Part shown: piece by piece, positions 30,955 through 43,577 of the stretch
Layout of the letters: every line of letters starts with the position of its first letter
Numbering within the stretch: the stretch's first letter is position 1
Assembly (NCBI GenBank): GCA_951406725.2
Contig: OX597821.1
Span: 32,674,001-32,738,000 of the forward strand
DNA: 64,000 nucleotides
Direction of reading: 5' to 3'
DNA from: Octopus vulgaris
Lineage: Eukaryota
Made by a program: the position numbers and the translations under genes
Notes under the pieces: model-generated
What the model was told of the DNA's origin: nothing
What the model saw: only the letters and a program-made list of their open reading frames with translations
Database searches by the model: none

Positions 30955-33560
30955 GGGGTTACAGCATCATGCTGAAAGTGGTTTCGTCATGCACGCGTAC
31001 CATTTTTGCTACATTCACCCACCTTTTATTGAAACTTTCATGAGACAAAATTTCCATCTCTATTCTCACGTTCCTTTTCAAGAGGTATCTGAAAAAGTTG
31101 ATGAGCGATTGGCCAGAGAGGAAAGTGTGTGTCTCTAAACCTTTCGGACGAGTCCACCACACGCATTCTTTCACCATAGCCCCCAGTAGAATGAAAACTG
31201 CCTTGCCATCCCGGTTAAGGAAGGGGGTGGGGCAATATTCACGATAGACTCGGCCGATAACTGAATTTGTCCCATACGTGACAGCAGCCGTTCGACATAA
31301 GCCCACAGGTCCGAAATGGTTTGACACTGCACGAGTGCGTGCAGAACGGTTTCGTCGCTCTGACCGCATCTCGGGCAAGTCGGTCTGGTGTTTCTCGAAC
31401 CGTGCTTGTAGTGCTTATCCCGAACGGGCAATGCTTCCCGATAGCAGTGCCAGGCCAAGGATCTCTGGTGATTGTTCATAGGTCCCGGCCCGAACGTGGT
31501 CCTGAGGAGGCGGGTCAGGTGTTCGTTCCTCGTCGACGGCCAGATTCTCCCAAGAAACGTCGTCGCACCTCCCCTCCACTATTCCTCTATAGTATTCGTG
31601 GAATTGAAGTCGCACAAGTTCGGTCCCGGACGACAGATTTGCTAGAGGGCAAGACGGCACTTGCGGTACCATTCGCCTAGCCTTGCTCTCTCTCTGATCC
31701 ATAACTGCAGCTCGGCCAAAGAGACAAGCTACGGGAAAGCGCGTCTCACAAACAGCGAACATACCTGTTCACCGTCGTCTATGAAGCGCCGGAGATGTCA
31801 CAATCTCAGCACATGTCTGCGCATCATCAGACACGCTCCTCCCAGTTCTCGCGGGATGCCGCGCAGCGTCACCAGCTTCCGCAGCAGTGGCTCTACAATG
31901 AATACGTACAGAAGCGACGAGAGAGAGCATCCTTCACGAACTGAAAGCGTGATATTAAATAGATAGTCTAGATAGATGACCATTTACGCGAACTACCGAG
32001 CGGATGCCGATGTATAAGGCAGCGATCCAACCGCGGAAAACGGGACCGAAACCAGCCGCTCTAAAGACAGACTCCAAGTAACGATGGTTGACTCAACCGA
32101 AAGTTTTCGATTAATCCACATTGATCAGCGCTCCACCGAAGCCAGGTTCCTTGACTACCCTATCTATGATGTAGCGCATCAGATGGAGGTTGTTATGGAT
32201 ACTCCTTCCCGGCACGGCGCATGTTTACACTTTGTCGAATATTTTCTCGATGACAAGCGCTAACCTCTCGGCTAGCAACTTGGCCAAAATCTTCAATCTA
32301 CGTTGAGCAGATTGATGAGTCTGACGTTATCTATGACGTTTCCCTTGTTTAGATCTTTCTTTAGCAATGCTACCGCTCCTCGGCTCACAAAACTAAGGAT
32401 AGTCCAGTTTTGCTGCCAGTTACAATAGACTACTGCCAAGACGCCTCCAAACAAGTCTGGCATTTTACAATAAAGTTCTTAGGGTAGACAATCGAAGCCT
32501 GGCGACTTGTCTCATGCGCAGCATGCCATCGCATCCCGTACGTCCGCGGTTGTGATGGGCCTTTCACAACGCTCCGCCAGTCTTGCCGAGATTCGTTGCG
32601 GGCCATGCAGGTAGGCAATAAAGTCCACTCTTCGTTCTGACCCACCAGTTGTCCCGAACAGTTGGGCAAAATACTGTTGAAAGGCCTTACACATCCTTTC
32701 GGGCCCGCGCTTCTGTTCATCTGTCAGAGACCTACTGGTGGCTTTGCTGCCTCGTTGCGCTTCCGCCACTCGGGTCTCTCGGGCAGGTTCAATTCCTACG
32801 TTTCTCAGAGGACGCATCCTAGCTCTGACAACGCATCCTTCGTGTCTGGCGTAGAAGTGTTGGTTGAGAACCAATTTCGACGCCAGCACGTTGGACGCGA
32901 TACCACTTCTATGTGCCTCTTCTAATTTCTTAACTAGGTCTCCCTCTATTCTATTTCGATCTATCGATAGAACCTTACTACACCTAACTGATTCTGCTTT
33001 GATTGCTTTCTATAGGGCATATCACCATCTATTGTTGACGATGGCTCCCGTCAACGCCAATCAAATTTTTTTTATTTTAAGCATTTACTTTTCACTTATT
33101 CATCAAACGTACTGTTTGTAAGCCTGTCGCGCCGTGGACTATACGCTCAGTTTCCAGTAACCGGCGCCCTGCCTGTGACCTGTGTAGCTGACTATACGAA
33201 ATTGTGGACAACCTACACTATCCCTATCCACTGTTCTACAAAATACTCTATCTAAATACGATCTGGACGACACAATGCGGCTACTCCATGTCCACATTGG
33301 CATATGCGGGTGGCCCAGTCGCTACCTGTCAGACAGTTGGAAACATCTGAGCAGGTCTTTGAGGCATTTACATCTCCTCCTATTCCTATTGCTACCCAGT
33401 AGTCTAGCTGCGTGTCCAAAGTAGCGTTCCAATCCCTCACTAAAAGCAAAGGTCGAGACGTTCCCAGGAAAACCTCTAGACGTTGAAAGAAATCCGGCCG
33501 ACCTGCTGCTTAGACAATCAAAACCAAGAACTCGTATCAAATATTAGGGCGATTACTACC
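30945..33560 (-). mobile_element. Tx1/L1-clade LINE ORF2 remnant (APE-RT-CCHC), internally deleted
   Basis: Minus strand: APE motifs RDWNATLD, SYLDRVF and GYWKL; RT motifs KILAKLLAERL, TCAVPGRSIHNNLHLMRYII and VREGCSLSSLLYVFIVEPLLRKL; then a jump to the C-terminal CPRCGQSDETVLHALVQC. The YADD region is absent. Confidence 0.9.
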
Positions 33561-33827
33561 TTCTACCTGCTACCAAGACCTCACATGAATAAAAAAGAGA
33601 GACAGAGACAGATAGAAAATAGGAAAATGTCCCTTGCATTTGAAAACTATGGAAATATTTTTAAAAAGCATTTCATTTAATTTTTCCACAATTTAATGTT
33701 TTTTTATGTTTTATTCCAAGTTGAGAAAGTTGCGAAGACTGAAACTTTATGATAAAATTATTTCAGCATTTTGTACTTTGTCTTATTTTCCTTATAAATA
33801 TCAACACGTGTTCCTTTTCAACCACCC

Positions 33828-33916
<89 letters not shown>

Positions 33917-33921
<5 letters not shown>

Positions 33922-34130
33922 GTAAAATAATATGTGACAATTATTCAATAGCCAAGATAAAACTATGGTTTCGTATGCCGAGGTGGAAATCCACAACACC
34001 ATCTCTTCGGTTATCTGGCCATCTGAAAAAACAGATAACCGAAGAGATGGTGTGGATTTCCACCTCGGCATCCGAAACTCCGAGTTTTATCTTGGCTATT
34101 GAATAATTGTCACATATTATTTTACAGATA
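33917..34130. repeat. Near-perfect inverted repeat with arms of about 100 bp; each arm carries a hammerhead-like motif
   Basis: 33917-34017 is the reverse complement of 34032-34130 with few differences; the spacer is 14 nt. Confidence 0.95.
34034..34091 (+). ncRNA. Hammerhead-like motif with CCGAAGA core variant (family H4; mirror copy at 33956-34015, minus strand)
   Basis: GAUAA-CCGAAGA-GAUG...CAUC-c-GAAAC-UCcGA-GUU-UUAUC. Stems I, II and III can all form. The U4>C change is present in both arms. Confidence 0.55.
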
Positions 34131-34204
34131 AATTTCCTCTATTTACATAATATTGAGGTCTCTTCTTTTGTTATCTTACCGTTTTTACCAATATATATAT
34201 ATCT

Positions 34205-34348
34205 AAGACAGGTTTTGCACACGGGTTCTGTCAACTAGATTGATCGCTATAGTAAAAGACTTGTGCTGAAGGTGCTGCGCAGTATGAACGAACCCGAAAT
34301 ATCATGCTTAGAAAGCGACACTTTTAACCATAGTCATTCTTACGCCTG
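34205..34348 (-). mobile_element. SINE family B head, very degenerate
   Basis: CTATAGTAAAAGAC...GAACCCGAAA...TTAACCA aligns to about 335-430. Confidence 0.55.
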
Positions 34349-35042
34349 TTACATACTTTATATTCGCTTCTATTTGCCCCAAGTTCGAAAAGCACAAAGG
34401 TCGATTTGGCCCATTATTTTATCTAAGGATCTATAAAATAATTACCCGCAATATTAAATTCGATCGACTAAATACACCTCGGTTATCTACAAACACTGAC
34501 CTTATACCTTTCTACTGGAAATAAAAACCCTAAAGAATAAAAATAAAGACAACATTTAAAAATTAAAATGTAAAGAAAAATCATTATCTTTGACGCCAGA
34601 CAAATAAAAAAAGTAATTCTAACGACCATAATAAATTTAATGCTCTGAAAATTTATTGGTTTCGTTTGATGAATAAGTGAAAAGTAAATGCTTAAAATAT
34701 AAAAAAGCCTATCCCGCCATTCCCCCACAAAAAATAATAAATATTACAGAAATATAATTACAAAAGGAGCAAAGAATATTAAATACAAAAAATATAATAT
34801 AGTATTATATATACTTATATGTGTGTGTATGTGTGTGTGTGTGTGTGTGTAGCCCCACTTCCTTTCAAAATAATATATAAAAGAGTTGATCTATAAAAGA
34901 TATTAAGAACTGAAAAACGTTCTAATGAAGTGTCATTGATTTTGGTTTGGTTTTGTTTTGAAAATTGTTTCCAAAGATGGTGAATGTCGGAATGTGTGAC
35001 GTGATTCATTTATGTTTTCCTTCCTTCCTCTCTCTCCCTCTT

Positions 35043-35087
<45 letters not shown>

Positions 35088-35173
35088 ATTCGTCTCCTCT
35101 CTTTCTGTGCCTGACTTTCTGCCCACTTTTCTCAATCCCTCTGTCTTTTTTTCTCACTTTTCTTTCTCTCTCA

Positions 35174-35620
<447 letters not shown>

Positions 35621-35896
35621 TGTTTGACACTAAGCATGTGAAGACATCGTGTTCTATTTAACATCTTCCTTTGCAGTTAGATACTTTTGGTTCGATCCTA
35701 GAGCATTTTTTTTTAGAGTAATGTTTACTGCCCAGGTTCAGTCTGATGAATGTCATACGAATGAAAGTTACTATAGGGAACCTCCTTTCTATACATACAA
35801 GCATACATATATGCATTCATATATACAGAGGGACAGACTGCTATGCATGATTATATATATGCATTTTCATACTTATATGGACATACGTATGTATGT

Positions 35897-35940
<44 letters not shown>

Positions 35941-36087
35941 GAATAATATAGAGAAAGTCCTTGGTACTGTATTATATATATATATATATATATATATATT
36001 TGAAAGAATGGGTAGAGATGGCTTGTTCGAGGGGATGAATTTTTAAATTTTAATCTTAATGATAATGTTTACAGTGAGAATATATAT

Positions 36088-36537
36088 AGGATCTTATCAG
36101 TTTGAACGGCAGTTTTTAACATAATTTCTAGGTAACTAAAAAATTTTAAACTTCGTATACTTGTAGAATGTGTTTATAAAACATCTTTTTCTCTTGGCTT
36201 TATTGAGAACATTCTAGTTTGTAAGATAATTGTTGTTGTTTTTTCTTCAATTTCTGCAATTTTAAAGAATCACTGGCCTCTATTGAGGTAAAAAAAAAAC
36301 ATTCTGTGCCGTATGAATATGTCCCTCGTTTAAGAAACATATTGGATTTATTTACATTTGTGAAGAAAAAAAGATACCCTAACTCTAACCCCTAACCCTA
36401 ACCCTTACTCTAACCCTAACTAACCCTAACCCTAAAATAGATTGAAATGCAATAGATCGATACTAGGGTCATAATTATGGGTGACAATTTCATATGGCAC
36501 CGCTAGAAAAAACTGCCGTTCAAACCGAAAAGATCCC
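36088..36537. mobile_element. MITE with TIRs of about 28 bp carrying internal telomeric-type (CCCTAA)n
   Basis: Left GGATCTTATCAGTTTGAACGGCAGTTTTT; right (reverse complement) GGGATCTTTTCGGTTTGAACGGCAGTTTTT. Flanks are TA-rich. A degenerate CCCTAA array lies at 36377-36435. Confidence 0.85.
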
Positions 36538-36774
36538 AATATATATATACAAGAATGTTGTTGACTGTGACTTCGAAGTTTCGGCCAGCTAAGCCATCGT
36601 TGGAGTGTTGACGATGACTTAGCTAGCCGAATTTTCGAAGTCACTGTCAACAACATTCTTGTATAAGAATAAATATATTTGTACTCTGCAAAAGTAAAGA
36701 GTAACATATTAGATAAATGTAAAACCTTTCATTGTAACTGACCACAAAAACAAGCATCAACATGTGTGCGTGTT

Positions 36775-36805
<31 letters not shown>

Positions 36806-37148
36806 GTGTGTGTGCGCGCGCGCGCGCTTGCATTTTCGAGAAAAATCGTATTTTCCAAACAGAATTGAACTTACGGAGATGTACCTGCATACAAAGTGAT
36901 TTGATCTGAGATCGTGTGCTGAAACGAAAACAATTGCAGCGTGGAAGGTGTTTGTAAGCCACTTAAGAAACACACAAAAGCCGTTCGATTCACTTCAGCA
37001 TTTAAGTTTAATTTGTCAAAATATTTTCGTCACTTTAAGACCGCGACCTGTTCGCTCCTAGAGAATGGGGGAAGTTATGTCTGCAATATTTGCGTACGTG
37101 TTTGTTTCTCAACAGATGAGCTCATTAGTCAGCAGCAGATCCAAGTGA

Positions 37149-37537
37149 AAGCGCAATGGCCCAATGGTTAGGGCAGCGGACTCGCGGTCGGAGGATCGCG
37201 GTTTCGATTCCCAGACCGGGCGTTGTGTGTGTTTATTGAGCGAAAACAGCTAAATCTCCACGACGCTCCGGCAGGGTTGGGGTCGACCCAGTGTTGTACT
37301 CTTTCGCTCCAACTTTCTGTCACTCTTTCTTCCTGTTTCTTGTCCCCGACTTCCTATGCAACCGCTGAGCCTGGATGCGCATTCAGCCATCCGTCGATGC
37401 TCTCGGTGTCGGAGGGTTGACCTGCTTTCTCTTCTGCGGGTCTTACGAATAGCAAAGGACCACGTTTTGGACTTTAACCCATCTTCCGAGCTCTGGAACG
37501 AAGACCGTTCGCTCAACAGCAACAGCAACAGCAGCAG
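37149..37537 (+). mobile_element. tRNA-derived SINE (family C)
   Basis: A-box TGGCCCAATGG, B-box GGTTTCGATTCCC, a GC-rich body and a (CAA/CAG)n tail. Confidence 0.75.
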
Positions 37538-37809
37538 ATCCACGGGTGTAAAATACTAATTTGCTTGAGTGTGCAATGTTCTGAACGACCGACGATGGTC
37601 TTCCTCGGACACGAGAATGACAGGCGTGGGTTCGAGCCCCATGCCTATGGAAAACACTCTTTCTGTCGAGGGCTAATATGCCCTAATACTAGACTATTTT
37701 CTTTAATGAGTACACGGTGATCGCTAATTAGCTTTAAGCTTATATTCATTACTATTTACAGAATTGTGACTCGTCACTGCTTCTCAATTTATTGCAGACA
37801 CACATACAC

Positions 37810-37814
<5 letters not shown>

Positions 37815-37841
<27 letters not shown>

Positions 37842-38134
37842 TTATGTATGTATGTATATTTGTATGTTTATATGTATGTATGTTTGTATTTATGTATGTA
37901 TGTATGTATGTATACTTGTATGTTTGTATGTATGTATGTTTGTATTTATGTATGTATGTATGTTTCTTTGCACGTATGTATATTTGTATGTTTGTATGTA
38001 TGTATGTTTGTATTTATGTATGTATGTATGTATGTATGTATGTATGTATGTATGTATGTATGTATGCATGCACGTATGTACGTACGTATGTATGTACGTT
38101 CGTATGTATGTACGTACGTACGTATGTATGTATG

Positions 38135-38165
<31 letters not shown>
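37815..38165. repeat. (TATG)n degenerate array
   Basis: Direct inspection. Confidence 0.95.
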
Positions 38166-38850
38166 TATCAAAAGTTTGAATCCCTTTGTATGTTAGAAGA
38201 AGAAACGTGGTGCATTGTTAATGTGAAGGCTGGTTTTCAAAGCTTTAGATCCGTGAATAGGAAGGTGACATTTCTGTGTATTGTTACTTTAGCTTATAGA
38301 GATCGTATATAGTTTTCAGATTAAGGATTCAGCTGTGCGCTTAACGTGCAGTTCGTGTGTCGTAAAAATCTTATTCAATTCGTTCCTTTATTTCAAAACT
38401 ACCGGAGTGTGACTTAAGGGAAACTTAGCTGCTGTTTCGAGCACGTTTGAGAGACGACTTAGAAGCTCTTTCATGAAGATATTGGTAAGTATATTAACAG
38501 GTTATTTAGGTGTATTTGTGTTTTATCGGTTCCTATCGATTTTGAAATTCAGAAATACTCATTTGAATTTCCGGTGTCTGATGTGAGTAGAGTTCCATGA
38601 TCGCGGTCTATACGTACATATTCAGCAAATTATGTTCTCGTTTTCTATTGTGCTTTGTTTTTCGTAGGTGATCTTGAAAATAACTTTCATAAATGACTTC
38701 GATCGCTGTTTGAGAGAAAGAGTTCACACAGTAGCATTTAAGTGAACCGGCTTAGCTGGAAAATATAAACACATTGTAAACCGATTGTGAATTGATTGTG
38801 AATTCAGCTTGAAAAAGGACACATTGATACACCGCTATTATTATGAACAT

Positions 38851-39875
38851 AAAGGCAGGGACTGGCTGTATCGTTAGTGCGTCGGACAAAATGCTTAGCG
38901 GCATTTCGCCCGCCTTTGTGTTCTGGGTTCAAATTCCGCCCAGGTCGGCTTTGGCTTTCATCCTTTTCAATTCGATAAAATATGTGCAAGCTGAACATAT
39001 CGGATTGATATACGCGTAATCGAATAACCACATCCAACATCACTCTAAGATTGCTGACCTTGTGGCAAAATTTGAAAACATTACGAATATGTTTGAGAGT
39101 AGTCGATTATTAGGAACGTTAAGGTGTTATATTCGTTTCGGTTCTTCGTGTTCATATTCTGAGTTCGAATATCGAGATCAACTATGCCTGTCATTCTTTC
39201 AGAGTTGATGAAATAATGTAGCAGTCAAGACTTGATATTGAGGTTAGCGACTAATCTTCTCCGCTCAAACAGCGGATCTTGTACCTAGATTAGAACCAGT
39301 ATTACTAGTTTCAAATTTTGGAATAAGGCCCGCAATTTCGGGGAAAGGTTAAGTCGATTACATTGACCCAGTTTTCAACTGGCACCTATTTTTATCAACC
39401 CCGAAAGGGATGAAAGGCGAAGTCGACCTCGGCGGAATTTAAACTCTGAATGTGGAGACGGACAAAACGCCGCTAAGCATCGGCCCGGTATGCTACTGGT
39501 TCTGCCAGTTCGTCGCTTTAGAAAGCGTTATTATCAAAAATTCATATATGGTGGTGAGCTGGCAGAATCGTTACAGCGGAACGTAAAATGCTTAGCGGTA
39601 TTTCACCTATTCTTAAGTTCTGAGTCCAAATTCCACCGGAGTCGACTTTACCTTTCATCTTTTGGGGGTTGATAAAATAAAGTACCAGTTGAACATTTAG
39701 GTCAATGTAATAAACTTACCACCTCCCCGGAAATTGCTGGCCTTGTGCTAAAATTAGAAACCATTAAGAATGGTAGAAACGTTTGACGTTGGAATAAATG
39801 TTCCGAATCTTCGTGAGTTCAAATTCTGCCGAGGTTGACTTTACCTCTCATCCTTTCGGGATTGTTAAAACAAAC
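38851..39875. mobile_element. Cluster of about 5 SINE family A copies in mixed orientation
   Basis: Central boxes at about 38940 (+), about 39180 (+, decayed), about 39390-39440 (-), about 39640 (+) and about 39830 (+). Confidence 0.8.
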
Positions 39876-40611
39876 TACCCTTCAAGTATTAAACAATATT
39901 ATTTAGGAGCTGCAAATATCTCTAATTATTTCGAAGGGGGCGACACTAGAATGTGTCGAATTTTCTACTTTTGTCCTTGTGGATATCCCTGGCGTAATTG
40001 AACTAAAATTGATTTTAGTTACAATTGAAGCCAGATAGCGAACCCAGCTCCCTGAACAACTATAATAATTAGTGACAACAGTTAGAGCTGATAACTATCT
40101 AGTAATGTATTTAAAAGAATGTAATTCTCTGAAATCACCAGAGAAATACAACTTGTTATCGCGAAGTAAATTGCCTCCTTAATTTGCGATAGCTTAAAGA
40201 TGTCAGTAATTAATTTTTCACTAAGAAAACGAAAAATATAAGAGACAAAATTATTAAGAAATTTCCCGTAAAATGTCATGTATACCCAAATGCTTCAATT
40301 ATCCCTCTTCAGGCAAATAAATAAATGAATATTACAAATTAGCAAACAAAAATATAAATAAGATGCTAATAGCAAGGTTGAGCAGTTTTCTACTGTTGTG
40401 AAAAGGACGATAAATTGTTCTTTTTTCTCTTATGTAAACAACGGAAAACTCCAGGCTGACAAACAGCTAAAAGATTTTGTTGCCAAATGCTTCGCGTAGC
40501 TTGGAGACAATAGTATTTTAATAAAATTATTAGTTGGCTTGTTTCACTCACTTTCGTTTGATCTAGAGATAGAAAAGAAAACGAAATTGTTCCGCTATAA
40601 TAATGATGATT

Positions 40612-41139
40612 GTTTTTTGCATAGGCACTAGCCCTGAAATTTTTAGTGCTGTAATTAGCAAATTAAGTATGCCTCAGTGTTTGACTGGTACGCTATTTTT
40701 CAAACCCGAAAGCACAAGTTGACTTAAACGGGATTTGAACTCAGAATGCAAAAAAGCCGGAACAAGTATGCGAGGTATGGTCTAACGATTCTGGTAATCC
40801 ATCGTCCTTAATAGCTGTTTCTAATTTAGGTATAGTTAACTATTGAAAAGAAAGTTTAAATTGTTGCATTTGACCTCAGTACTCGATTGGTAATTTATTT
40901 TTTCGAACCCGGAGAAATGAAGAGCAAATTCGAAGTTGACATGATTAGGGTTGATCTCAGACGTGATCTCAGACCGTAGCGTATTACCGAGGTGGAATAC
41001 CATAATGTATTTTTCCGAACTCCTAATGATTTCGCAAATGCACCCTCCTAATAGCCCTTTCTACTATAGGCATAAGGACTTAAATATTAGGGGTCGCGCC
41101 TAGTCGATTACATCGACCCAAGAGCTCGACTGGTACTTA
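40612..41139 (-). mobile_element. Degenerate SINE family A copies; the last is truncated by a mariner insertion
   Basis: Reverse-complement motifs GACTGGTAC...CCCGAAAG...TTTGAACTCAGAA. The copy at 41055-41139 ends at the TA preceding the mariner TIR. Confidence 0.65.
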
Positions 41140-42525
41140 CGAGGGGGTATCACAAAGTCCCTGGAATAGTTTTGTTGCACGCCAATAGATATCAGCACAC
41201 TGTTGCCTGCGCAGTGACAGATAGCAGGAATCTTCATGAGACAGTGTGCCAAACAGACATCGCTGGCAAATTGTGAAATTTTGTTTTTGTGATCACGAGT
41301 ATACTGTAGCCTGCGATTTTTGTTATGGACAGGAAATTGGAACAAAGAAATTTTGCATTAAAATTGGGAAGTTTACTACAGAGACACTGAGCATACTTCG
41401 GCAAGGTTACGACAACGACGAGGCAATAGGACGTACGCAATCTTTCGAGCGGAAGAACGTTCAAGGAAAACGATGTTCGGTCTTATTTCTTTATTGCCCA
41501 CAAGGGGCTAAACATAGAAGGGACAGACAAAGGGATTAAGTCGATTACATCGACCCCAGTGCGTAACTGGTACTTAATTTATCGACCCCGAAAGGATGAA
41601 AGGCAAAGTCGACCCCGGCGGAATTTGAGCTCAGAACTAACGGCAGACGAAACACCACTAAGCATTTCGCCCGGTGTGCTAACGTTTCTGCCAGATGTCC
41701 GGTCTGGAAGACCTGTCACACCTGGAAATATGGTGAAAATTTACCAGCATGTGCATAAGGATAGTCGTAGGACAATCAGCAATGTTGCTGATTGTCCTAC
41801 GACATATTCGTAATGTTGGATTGTCGTATGGGTCTGTGCAGGCAATCCTTATATCTGAGTTGAATATGCGGCATGTCTCTGCCTCGAAGATTGTCAAGAT
41901 CTTTAGCGTACCACTGGTGACCTATACTTCAAGTCGAGGATCATCACCAGTGACGAGAGTTGGGTCTATGGCTACGACCTAGAGACGATGCAGCAGTCGT
42001 AACAGTAGAACAGCCCTTCATCTGCATGACCGAAGAAGGCACACTAGAGTCGAAGCTCATCCAGAGCATGATTATCGTTTCTTTTTTCGACACCTGCGGT
42101 ATTGTGCATCGAGAATTCTTCCCCCAGGGCCAGACCATCAATCGAGAGTTCTACGCCAACGTTTTGAAGTGTTTGAGGGAGGATATTGGGCGAAAGCGAC
42201 CTGGATTTGCGGAGCGCGAAGAGTTGATTCTTTACAACGATAATGCACCCTGGCACCGAGATCTCCCCACTCGTAAATTTCTCGCCAAAAACAACATATC
42301 ACTTCAGCACAACATGATATCGATTTAATACCAGCGGACTTCCATCTTTTCCCCAATATGAAAATGTAGCTCATAGGTCGCCGTTTTAACACGCAGAAGG
42401 TTCTCGACTCGCTTACGAAAAACAACTTCCAGGCCGCTGCGACGAGTGTACTGCTGCGCAAGGTGACTATTTCGAAGGCGATGCTGTTAAAACTTAGGTA
42501 ATTAAATTTCTAAGTTTCCAATGGA
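41140..42525 (+). mobile_element. mariner (DD34D-type) transposon remnant with a nested SINE
   Basis: TA|CGAGGGGGTATCACAAAGT TIR. Translates KFCIKIGKFTTETLSILRQGY, DVRSGRP, IITSDESWVYGYD, SMIIVSFFDTCGIVHREFFPQGQTIN, YNDNAPWH and DLIPADFHLFP. Confidence 0.9.
41484..41694 (-). mobile_element. SINE family A inserted in the mariner with a TSD of about 12 bp
   Basis: Flanked by GATGTTCGGTCT (41472-41483) and GATGTCCGGTCT (41695-41706). Confidence 0.9.
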
Positions 42526-43100
42526 TTTTTCAAATTGCTGATACTATCTGTCTATCACAACTCCTGACATATATGTCACTGCCTTCAGTTTCTGAGATGG
42601 AACAGATAGCACAATTCTGCCAACCCGTCGCCCTTGTCGGATATTTCTTTATCAACACCGAAGAAAATAAATATGGGTGATGGGCAAAAATACAACATAT
42701 TGAGACAGATAAAAACATACTACACCAACAAACACAAAAATGGGAAATACACTTATTTGTATCAACAAAAAATATTGTCCACCATGCTCTCTGAAATTCT
42801 TCTACACGCTGATTCTACTCTCGAATTGTGAATATTTTCGACTTTAACCGAATTGTGAAGGTCCGACGTTCTCTAGTTTGTAATCGTTCACTTGTTGAGA
42901 AACATCTAATGCTGTTTCTATCAACTATGTGTCGAGTGAGAGCCCTTGCTAAACAGAATGCTTGCCTTTGTTTTCAACACGAAAATATAAACTCTTTATT
43001 TTTTATTTGTCCAATTTTTGGATCAGCATTAAAATAACTATACTTTATGTGTCCTTTATATATATAAGAGTGGTTATATATATATATACATATATATATA

Positions 43101-43540
43101 AATGAAAGATGCATTAAATATTACAAAACGTACAGGTAAAACAGACACAAGGACCCAAATCATTCCTCAGTTATCGACCAAAAATACCCAGTTTTGAGCA
43201 TTTAACGATAATACTGAGAACTTCGTATATCGTCGGCACCCGCAAGATTTGCGTAGAATTAGGGCTCGAGCAAACAAAACAATACACGGTGGACGTACAA
43301 AAGTAAGCAAATGTAATTTGAAACGATAGACGAAGATAATAAATAAAGCCTTTCGGCCAAACACGAGAGCGATGGTTATCACCTGGAAGAAATCCTCAAA
43401 TGGATTTTAAGAAAAGAATTAGTATGAGAGGAGAAAAAGTTAACCAGCAAGCTAGGCGTACGGTGGCGAAAAGGCACAGAATAGGAAATCAGTCACGGGT
43501 TAGGTGTGGGCAGCAGATAGGAGGGAAAGGGGATGAGAGC

Positions 43541-43577
<37 letters not shown>

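Noticed and set aside
35735-35782. CUGAUGA...GAAAG-UUA-CUA hammerhead-like string
   Set aside because: Stem I is unpaired next to the core and stem II is weak; cannot be distinguished from chance.
36377-36435. True telomere or chromosome fusion site
   Set aside because: Short, degenerate, single orientation, and enclosed by MITE TIRs.
37149-37225. Possible tRNA gene
   Set aside because: A and B boxes are present, but there is no clean cloverleaf or poly-T terminator and the sequence continues into a SINE body and tail.
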